Below the pieces are notes generated by a model. That model was not told where the DNA came from and ran no database searches. It worked only from the letters and a program-made list of their open reading frames with translations. Made by a program: the position numbers and the translations under genes. 64,000 bases of DNA from Trichosphaerium sp. ATCC 40318 (Eukaryota > Protista > Tubulinea), in NCBI GenBank assembly GCA_038496445.1, contig JALMLS010000150.1, forward strand, positions 1-64,000, in the 5' to 3' direction. Shown one piece after another: positions 52,028-61,959 of the stretch (position 1 is its first letter; each line of letters begins with the position of its first letter).

Positions 52028-52617
52028 ATGCATCTGTTTTCTACTTTCATTGTCATCATTGCATCTCTTTCCATGATTCTATGTCTTGTACGTTTTTTGC
52101 TTAGCTGTCATCTCTTTGTTCCTTTTACTTACTTTTATCACAGACTGAGTCGACAGAGCAGTTCTCATGCCCCGTTAACTGTTACATCGCTCAAGGAGAT
52201 TGTCGTGAATTCAATCCGCCTCATGTATGTAACACTCAAGTTGATTTATGTCTTCAAAGATGTAGAAATGGAGGAAAACGAAACATCGAATCATCAGAAC
52301 AATTCTCATGTACAGTCAACTGTCATATTGCCCAATCAGATTGTAGTGAGTTCAATCCACCTCACATGTGTAACGCCGAAGCCAACTTTTGTCTCCGAAG
52401 ATGTCGTAATGGTGTAAAACGAAGTGTCCAAAGTAGTGAATCAACAGAACAGTTCTTATGTCCTGTAAACTGCTACATCGCTCAATCAGATTGTCGTGAA
52501 TTCAATCCACCTCATGTATGTAACGCTCATCTTGATTTCTGTCTTCAAAGATGTCGTAACAGTGGAAAGAGACATTCATCACCTCCTGATATGAAACCAA
52601 AACAAGGTCAAGAATGA
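52028..52617 (+). CDS. Secreted Cys-rich peptide precursor, 3-core copy B (inverted duplicate of copy A)
   Basis: Exon 1 52028-52087, intron 52088-52143, exon 2 52144-52617. Near-identical to copy A. Confidence 0.9.
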
Positions 52618-52921
52618 CTTTGTAATTTGTAGGCACTCATTTACCTTTCCATTCACCTAATAAAAAATGCACTTTTATTTTGCATTTTGTGTCGGTAATG
52701 TTGGTATAAAACAGAAACAACACGTCCATACGAGGAAATAATTAAGCACGTGTGAAAGAGCTTACATGAGAGTGCTTTAAAAGGAAGACTGCGGCGGTTA
52801 AGCATAGAAGGGCAAATGTGACAACAAAAACCGAAGTTGACTTTTTTTTTCCCATTTAACCAACTGTACCTTGAAGTCGCCCTACAAGCCACGTTATTAT
52901 GGCAGGTTTCCATAATAAAGA

Positions 52922-53287
52922 ATGGTCTACTGTTCAGGGACTATACGAACGTCAAAGTGGGGACCTCATACCCTTCAAACACCCCAGAGGCGCTAAAAAG
53001 TGAGTTATTTGCAAAATTACATTATAATTATAAACTAAGCTCAATTAAATCATAGAATGGTATGGCGAGCTTGGAACTACTTTACTCCGGTATTTTGGGT
53101 GTTTTTGATATACTATGGCTACAACAAAGTGCAATACTTTAGATACTGGTATAAAACGACGTATCCTCCAGAATTGACGTCAGAGGAGCTTTTAGACGCG
53201 GAATTACGACGTCTTAGAGAATCTACAAGGCCTTTATCGGGTTTAGAGCGCACATTATCTCAAGAGAGTCATGAGGCGTACTATTAA
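52922..53287 (+). CDS. Small single-pass membrane protein (possibly mitochondrial)
   Basis: MVYCSGTIRTSK can splice to MVWRAWNYFTPVFWVFLIYYGY..ELRRLRES. One hydrophobic helix, no recognised family. Confidence 0.5.
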
Positions 53288-53989
53288 CGACCTAGCATCT
53301 GAAAAAGGGAAACAATAACTGTGGCTGGATTTTTTTTGCCCTGGCATTGTCATTTTATCATTGCGCTCCGGCCACAAACACAACAGTACGAGAGTTAGCC
53401 CTAAGCTCCCTCAAATTGCATTTTAACAAAGATTGTATGTCACATTGAACATTTAAATAAAATAAATGATACGCAAAGTGTAACTGGCAAGAACATGAAC
53501 ACCAAGTACAAAAAACAAGAAGATGAAATGATTGTGACATCTCCTGATTTTGTTTTTTTATTTGACACGACTTCAGATCACTAGCGTCGTTAGTTTGGGT
53601 TAGAATTACTTTGCTAATGTATAACAGCTAACGTAAAACATCTACACTCATTTCACGCAAGTTGCGTTGATACGAAAGTACGGATTGCTTTGTCGGCAAA
53701 CAAACGATTGATTGTTACTCACGACGTGTGCACAGAGCGACTCACACAACCCAAGTGTCTCCCTTTCCTTAAAACAATCAAACAAAGTTTCCATGCGCCA
53801 CAGCATAAACAACTACCTCTTGCATCTTTTGACACAATTTCGTGACTGGTGCAAATCAATGACGACTGAAGTACTATTTAAGTAAGCAAATGACGATATT
53901 TAGCGATAATCAATTGTTTTGTACCAAGTGGCAACTGCTCTTCACTGTAGTATTAGAAACAAACAAATAAATAGAAATTGGCTCTCAAT

Positions 53990-56262
53990 ATGGTAAACCT
54001 CGCATATTTCCTACTGGCGACTGTACTAGTAGCGTTAACACTAGCGCAAAGTACGATTATTATTACTTTACATGCCCATTTTAATATTCTACCGTTAGCT
54101 GCTGACCACCCACTGGTTGGTACCTCAGGAAACTTAGTTGAACGTTTCCATGATGCCACGGGCACTGTAGTTATTATCAACGACGAACAATTCAGAGTTG
54201 ACAATTTCGCGTTTGATGGGCAAGGAGTACGAGTTCAGTACGTGCTTATGCTTTAGGAATGTACTAAAGTACTTTGTAGTTGGTATGCTAGTACACAGCC
54301 TTTTGATATCAATGGAAATTTTCAATGCAACATCGCAAGCGGGGATTGCTTCAGCCTTGTTTCTTCCGAAAATCTGGTTACTGGTTCCAGTTACAACTCG
54401 GAAAGCTATACCTACACTCTTGATGGTGGTAGAAACTGGAATGGTATACGCTCAATCTCCTTGTGGTGAGTAACTCTCGAAAGTCGTTATAAAATCAAAC
54501 TAAACTTCGATAGGTGTGTGCCTGTTGGCATAGATTTCTCCAGTATAGAGCTTCCTGAAGTAGCAGCAGCTCCAACAGAAGCACCATTAGCTAATTGTAA
54601 ATCAATGAGCGACTTTTTTAACTTGCGTTGGCACGTGTCGGGCGAACATTTCTCCTTTTCAAAAAAGTCACTTTTTTTTTTTGGGAGTCAACTCTACTCT
54701 GCCTCACTACACGTTTTTTTAAAAAGCGCTTCCACTCACTACGCGTTTTTTTAAAAAGCGCTTCCACTAATCTACAAAAACAGGGAACTAGACTTAGCTA
54801 GCAATTCTATCACCTTTGAATACGAAACTGCTATCCGTTTAGATCAATGGATGGGTTTTGGAATTGCTGATCAAAGCCTTGGCTTCAGTGGCGTACGTAG
54901 TACCGTTGGCTTCATAGAAAGCTTAAATAACTTTTTTGTAGATGGTTGGCGCAGACGTTATTATCGTAGGCAGAGTCAACGAACTACCGTTCGCTACAGA
55001 CTATTTCTTAGGTGCTAGACGTCCTTGTGAATCTTCAACAGTGACAGATGCTGTATGCCCTGATACTGTACGCATGGGAGGCACCTCAGATGTCATTGGT
55101 CTAGAGTACGACCAGTAACTTTAGTTTGAACTCACCTGTTTGTAGGGTGAGAGGAACAGCTGAGACAACAAGTTTTTTCCGTTTCAAACGTCCTTTGAAC
55201 AAAACAGATGATTTTGATAGAAGCATTGACCCAGACGCAGAACTCTTTGTAGTGTGGGCCAGAGGACCTCTCGATGGTACCCTTTATATAGTTTAAACAC
55301 CAACCACTCATCATTGTGTAAGGCGATCTCGTTCGTAAGCACCCTGCCGGTGAAACAAGTTCCACAACAAAAATACGTTTCTCTGATAGTGTCAATGACT
55401 GTGTCGCTGTCACACAAGCTCCAGGAACCCTTGCTCCAATATCTACAGTAGTAGAAACAATAGTAGACACTACTGAAATTGAAGTTACTCAAGGGAATTA
55501 CATAGTTCACCCAAACCCTCCTGGTTGGGGATTCAGGTAACAAACCTTTTATTTTTGAGTATATGAACGACAGCACTACTCACAATGTTTTGTAGCTTTA
55601 AACTCAATGGAATGTCAACACCAATACTTTATGTTAAACGTAATGTTACATACACATTCACTGTAAAGACAAACCTACCAAGTACTATATTTTTTTAATC
55701 AATTTTTTTGAGTCGTAGTTAACCGACTTACAATTTTGCTTTGTAGCAATGGAACTACCATTTTACTTGACTGATGATACGGTCGGTGGTCAAGGAGTAG
55801 GTGCAGCAATGAAACAAAATCCTATTGTTTATGCTGGTTTTAATGGAAGTATATCTGGTACATTCATATGCTCCTGTAAGGATGTGTACTTACTCCAAAT
55901 AATTAGGAAGCCCTACTGATCCTTACGTATTTCAGTGGACTCCTGATGATTCAACACCTGATTTATTGTACTACCAGTGTTGGTCAGCAACTAAACAAGG
56001 GTGGCAAATTGTTGTAGATCAAGGTACGCCACCTTCTGAAATTCCACCCACTGTTGTACCAACAACTTCTGTAGAGCCTACACCTACCACTGTAGCGCCT
56101 GCATCCACCAGTGTAGAACCTACTTCTACCACTGTAGCGCCTTCAACTAGTATAGCTCCTAGCAACACAAACTCACCAGCTGTAGATCCAAATGCGAGCG
56201 CCAGTCCTGCTCTAGTATATGCTTTAGCATTCGTCATTTCTGTAATTGCTCTTCTCTTGTAA
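53990..56262 (+). CDS. DM13 + DOMON + Skeletor-type C-terminal domain, Ser/Thr/Pro stalk, GPI-type C-terminus
   Basis: Signal peptide. DM13 (HDATGTVVII..FRVDNFAFDGQG..SISLWCVPVGIDFSSI), DOMON (NLRWH..WMGFG..MVGADVII..VFFRFKRPL..VVWARG) and YLTDD..WTPDDSTPDLLYYQC. Hydrophobic tail. Confidence 0.85.
54702..54767. repeat. Intronic direct repeat of about 33 bp
   Basis: CGTTTTTTTAAAAAGCGCTTCCACT occurs twice in tandem. Confidence 0.8.
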
Positions 56263-56636
56263 AGAAAAAAGACATACAAAACGCAGATTAAAATAAACAC
56301 CAACAGAATTTTGTAATTATTGCGTTAGTATTTTACTTGTTATCACACAACTCACTCACACGTGCGTGACACGGTTTCTATCTACAGCCTCTAGATAACG
56401 ACTTTTAGAGGATTTTGAAATTCATTGATGGCCGTTAAAGGAGTTGAAGCTAGTCTGTTGTACCTCACTGTAAATGGTACTTTTTGAGAGAATCTGTTTA
56501 GTTGATTGAAACAAAAAATTCTTTTTCGCGCTCTCCTCATTGTTTTTTAACGAGGAGAAAATTGAATGTTCACGTAGAAGTTACGAAATTGCGGTGGAGA
56601 ATTTTTTATTGGTTTAAAATAACTAAACGAACTGGT

Positions 56637-57091
56637 TTACAAGTTTGATGATACTCCTGCAGCTGTAAGGAGCTTTTTAAGGTTTCCGCTTGCTTTTGCT
56701 GCGTGGGTGTCTAAAAAAACAGAGTTAGATACACCTACGCGTGGGCACAGTGTACGTACCGTCGTTACCGCCGAGGTATTTTCCATCAATCCATACGCTT
56801 GGTACAGTTCTTGAACCGCTTCTCTCGGTGACGACGGCTTGGATATCGCTACCGTTATCTACATAGAGTGAGGGAAGAACAAAACGTTTGTTGACGAACC
56901 CATGTTATCTAATTCGATGGCGTGGTATTTAACATCAATAGAGTCTAATAAACCCTTAACCTTTTTGCAATATCTAGAGGCGTTATTTTTTGTTGGTGTC
57001 TACAAAAACAACAAACGCACGGGCAATAGGATTTAGAGAATACCATAACCTTGTTTTCTGCCAATTTTGAGTCTACAACTGCTGCTGCCAT
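56637..57091 (-). CDS. GRX: Dithiol glutaredoxin (CPYC)
   Basis: VMVFSKSYCP|YCKKVK, RTVPSVWIDGKYLGGND. Three introns. Confidence 0.95.
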
Positions 57092-57159
57092 GATGTTTTT
57101 GTTTAGATATGGCTTAATGTTCACTCGAAACGTAAGGCTTAAAGTCAGTTTGTTGCAAA

Positions 57160-57761
57160 ATGTCGACTCTACCAGTATCTGGCTACCCTCAAGGCGGAAA
57201 AAAGAGCAGGCGTCTTTTTGCCAACAGGCTCAAGCGCTCATTGCCTGGCATGAAGCGCCGTGTTGCTGAAAGAAACAACAGCATGTACAAGAGTAACCTT
57301 AAGTACTTTGAACAACTCGGAATCAAAACCAGTGGTAAGGATAATATTCTACTGTAATTCACAAGTAATTCTTACCTGTAAACTAGATCTAAGACCTCTA
57401 AACGATGATACAGAGTACGTATTACAAATTTCGTATTAAAACAATACAAAAACGTTAAAAATGTAATGTAGAGGTGGTTGCGAAATGGTTATGGACGTTG
57501 AATTTGAAACAGATGATAGACACCAAGACTCCAGAGCAAAATTAGCAGGTGGTGTTACAAAAAAACGAACCAAGAGACACAAGAGAAGAAAAAACAAGCT
57601 CGGAAAAATGGTTGATCGTAAGTTAAAGCGTTTTTTATGCAATTCTGAAACAAATTTTTTTTTTCTCGGTTTACTTCGCGTATTTACAATTCTAAACCAC
57701 TATAGATTCTCAAAAGTCTCGTAAGGGAGTTAAAAAAGCAGGTGTTGTCACCATTGCTTAA
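57160..57761 (+). CDS. Small highly basic protein (nucleolar/ribosome-biogenesis-like composition)
   Basis: Four GT-AG exons give about 130 aa with K/R-rich ends (GGKKSRR..KR; KKRTKRHKRRKNK). Confidence 0.6.
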
Positions 57762-58436
57762 GGATATAATCAAAATCAGCAACAAAAAAACAAAACAATT
57801 TATTTGAGTCTTTCATCGCCACTTGTACATGCCAAGATGAAGAATCAAAGCGTTTAAAATGCGTAGCGATTTAATTCATTTTTTGCAATAAAATAGCATT
57901 GCAATCGCACAATCTTGTCACTATGCTATCCTTACCTAATCGCTTCATTCTCCTGAATATCAACAGGTACGTTTATTGCCATTAACACCCCAAACTTTCA
58001 CCATTGGCCATCACCATGGTAGATAACTAAAGGTCACACATTATTCCTTTTTGGTGCAATGTAAAATTCACCTTTGAATTCACCTTATCTTTCTCTTTCT
58101 GATTTCTCAGCCTTATTGGCTTTGTTACGTGTCGCGTAATTATGACGTGTTTTGATAAATTTGAAATTTCGTTTACTGAGAACAGCGTCTTCTTTATGTT
58201 AAATTAGGCATTACTGCTGTGCTCTTCGCGTTGATCAATGTGATTTTTTTAATGCTTACCTTAACGTTTATTTCTTTGCGAGATTCCCGTATCAGACTGG
58301 GTACAAGGTTCCTATTCTCTTAAAACGGTATATTTCTGTTTTTGTTTGAATAGTCTTTTATTGATTTTTACCCTACTTTCGCAGTTCCTAATTGGAGTTT
58401 TAAGTATTTTATCGAGCGCTCTGTTACTTATAAGCA

Positions 58437-61400
58437 ATGGAGATAACGCCCGAGCTAAATACGTGGATACAACGCCATAGTCTTACCAAAGCAGCACCAA
58501 AGCTAAAGGGCCTTCAGTAAGCAAATAATCACGTGCTCATTTTGAAAATTTCTTTTTTTTTTTTTTTCGCGTTCAAAATGGAGCTCCTAACCAAAAAACG
58601 ATTAGAATATGGAGCCTGAGGAAGCTATATAACTACCTAGAGAAGAATCAAAACAATAAGAAAGTACAAGGGTTAAGCGCAAGAACATTAAAGAAAATAA
58701 AAAGAGCGATAGTAAAGGATTATACATTCGATGGAACAGACGTACGAGATACTGTTTTTGTTCTGTTTATGAGATTTTTTTTTTTTTGCAGTTTTTTGTT
58801 TAATTGTGGTTTATGCCTTTATCCTTTTTTTTTGTGTTTCTGCTTCCTTTCACGCGCAGTAAAGCGTGATGAAGGGTTGTAATTTGTGGTTTAAATTGAA
58901 AAAAACCAACGGATTTATTTTGAGCGCAAGTAAGTACTAAAACCGGGTTGATAGAAAGCAGGACGTCCAAGAAGTATGTCACACAGTTTTAAAGTGTTCA
59001 GAGTATACCTACCCAACGATACAAGTACAAACAAACAAAACAAAAACCCCCAATAATCAAAACCTTTTCTACCCCCTTTTTAACTTCATCTCCTGTTTCT
59101 AAACCTCGTGTTTTTATAGCTCATTCTATACAGTATCAAGGAGAATTGGTATTAAAGTACGTTATTCTGTATTGGTGTTATCTCTCGTAGTGTTGTTGAA
59201 GTAGTAATGTCTCGTTATTTTTTTTCTTATTTCTCAATAGGGAGGTTCTTGAAAGAGGTAAACCAAATTCATTAATTGTATACATCATATTTACAATGTA
59301 GTATGCAGAAATCGCGATGTAGATATGTGTGCATTTATAGCACGTGATTCTGTAACAAGAGAGCAGCTACCATCACATCTAACACTTCACGATTTGGGTG
59401 AAATAACAGAAGTTGATTTTTTTGAACCAAACCCTGATTTCGAAGGTATCAGCCAAGATTCTGAAGATGAAAGCGAGCTTGTATCAGAAATGTCGTCCGT
59501 TTCTAGGCGTACACCAACAAAGATGCCAGACCAGGAGCTACCACAGCCTGTTAGACAAGAAATCGCTCAATTTCAGATAAATGGATACGCAGAGCAGTAC
59601 TTTAGACGTTTGAAGAAAAAGAAAAAGAATCACGGGTTTGAGAGAAGGGCTATTCCAATAGAGGAGTTACTACAATATCAAAAAGTAAGTTTATAATGGC
59701 AACAGGGTACCTTTGAAATCAAATACGAAGCTCCATTGTCAAGGGTCACATTTAGTTTTTTTATTTGCTTTCTTTTGTTTTTTTTTCAGCATGGCAATTA
59801 TAATTCCAGAAAACATTAATGGCAGCGATGCGTGTGTATTTATTTAAAAGTAATATAAGTCGAAATAGATAATTGTTTACTTTTAACTGCCATAAACACG
59901 TGTTTGTTTTTGCTAATTTTTTTTATTTTTAGAAACCAATTGAAGCGTCATTGATTAAGATGAAGCCAAGTTTGAGTAAAAATGCTGTTAGTGCATTTAA
60001 TCATATAGTCAAATTTATGGACGTTTACGAAGCGTGCGTTAACCTTGCTTATTTAGATAAGAGTGAGACTTCTAAAGCCAGTTTTTAGGATTGATAGACA
60101 GGCTCTTAAAGCTGCTAGAGAAATATTACTACTTGGTATTGATAAACCTGAGTTACGAGATGAACTTTATTGTCAGCTTGTAAAGCAATTAACAAACAAC
60201 CCAGTCCGGTAAGTTATCATTCGATAAATCCTAGAAAACAAAACTAGGTTCCGAAACTTTTGGTTTTTGTACCTTGCCGTCAGTGCTGAATTTCTTTTTG
60301 CTAGGCCAAGCGAAATTAGAGGATGGAAGCTAATGGCGCTTTGTTTACAGTGTTTCCCACCTACAAAGGACTTTGAGCTCTACTTGGGTCAATTTATAGT
60401 GTATTTTGTAGCTGTACGTAAAAAACCCTTTCAGTCACGTGGTTCTTACAGTTGTTAATGTATATCCTTATATTAGAAGCCTAAAAAAGTTATTGGCGAG
60501 AAAATTGCAATGTATGCTGATTATTCAAGGAGAGCTTTAATAGATATTTGTGAACTGGGAAGGCCAGCATCATTTTCTGATGTAAATGTTGAAAATTTGG
60601 AAGATATGATGGCATGTGTTCTGAACAACGTTTTTTTTTGTAAGTTTTATTTCTTGTTTATTTTTCTCTTTAGAATGCTCCTTTTGAAACCTTTTTATTC
60701 AAAGGATCTATACAAGATATTATGCAAGCACAAAAGACAACACACCCAGAGTTGGATCTAAAGATTCCATTTGTTGTAAAATTTCTAACAGACAAAATGT
60801 TGAGCACTGGTACAACCAATCATTTTTTTGACATTGTATTGACTACTTTGTAGGGTTGGTAATGGAAGGTCTTTTTAGGTACTCACATAAATGCGCTGAA
60901 GGTTTTTTTACTCATTGATGTTGGTAGAGTACCCGGGAAGCGTGCTGATATGAATAAATTAAAAGAAATAATAGAACAAGGGAGATCAAACGAGAATTGC
61001 ACTGTACCCTTTTTTTTTGAAAAAAAAACTATCTCAGTGCCTACCTAACACTTTCTAAATTAGATTGACGATCCTCATGTACATGCGTGTTTACTAAAAC
61101 AATGGTTTAAAGAAACTAAAGTTCCATTAGTGCCACCTGCATACTAGTATCCTTTTGATCACGTGATTTTTCTATTTCTATTTTTATTGAACGCAGTGGT
61201 TTGTTTTCTCTTTGACTCCTACAAGCTATCGTATTATTGAAGCATCACAAGATATAACAAAGCTTATGGCAATAATTAAAGAGATAAATATTCACCACAG
61301 AACTTTGATTTATTACATGATCGACTTTCTACGTAAAGTCGCTGCAAGTGCGTAAACTAAAACCAATGAAAAAAAAAAAAAAACCTTTTATATTTTATGC

Positions 61401-61667
61401 TCAAACAACCTCTCTTGCGTCTTGTTTAGTTACAAGCTCTGCACATTATGGTATTACAAGCGTCCTAACATAGTTTATTTAGCACCTGAGAACTTGATGA
61501 ATGAGCACAGCTTGTCCATTGTAATGTCTCCTAACTTCTTACGTTGTCCTAATGATTCTGCGGATGCTGCTCTACTTTACACAAAGAAAGAATCTGAGAG
61601 TATATGTACATTACTCAAAGAATTTGAATACGTAGATGAAGAAGAAAGCTCTCTGTCAAGCTTTTAA
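58437..61667 (+). CDS. MyTH4 + RhoGAP protein (ARHGAP39-like) with SAM-like N-terminus
   Basis: First coding exon [23 protein letters not shown]. MyTH4 motifs [41 protein letters not shown]. RhoGAP motifs MEGLFRVPG (Arg finger), [28 protein letters not shown]. Confidence 0.88.
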
Positions 61668-61765
61668 ATATAGATAAAGAAAAAAAAAACCCCTCTTAGT
61701 ATATTTACCTCCAGACTACGTTAATAGGCGACTGAGAACGATAACTACAAGATTTTAAACATCTA

Positions 61766-61888
61766 GATGTTATCTGAGCTTCTACAGCGCTAAGCGCTAT
61801 TCTCGCTGTACTACGCTGTAGTATGTTCTTGTGACTCTGTCACAAGTGCCTCGGGGGATTTGGGAGGAGTCCCTGCTCAATCACATTG
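61766..61888 (+). ncRNA. Candidate intergenic structured ncRNA (four-way junction)
   Basis: Closing stem TGAGC/GCTCA encloses hairpins CTACAGCG/CGCTGTAG, CTTGTGAC/GTCACAAG and GGGATTT/GAGTCCC. Confidence 0.5.
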
Positions 61889-61959
61889 CGTTCAAGAACA
61901 AAAACCCATCCGGTTAACGCCCAACATTACCCGCAACGAATCAAACTGTTGTCAAGTAA

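Noticed and set aside
53290-53980. ~700-bp gap with scattered TGAT/CTGA motifs (snoRNA cluster?)
   Set aside because: No canonical C box with a terminal stem. More likely the promoter of the DM13-DOMON gene.
57800-58525. Series of 7-10-bp hairpins on the minus strand suggesting a ~700-nt structured RNA (telomerase/RNase P-like)
   Set aside because: No telomere template or P4 motifs found. Part overlaps the first RhoGAP coding exon (58437-58516), plus-strand intron signals explain the region, and such stems are common by chance when G-U pairs are allowed.
59690-59932. Long RhoGAP intron with ATGGCAG/CTGCCAT stem followed by ACA (H/ACA snoRNA or poison exon)
   Set aside because: The first hairpin and pseudouridylation pockets are not convincing, so evidence is insufficient.
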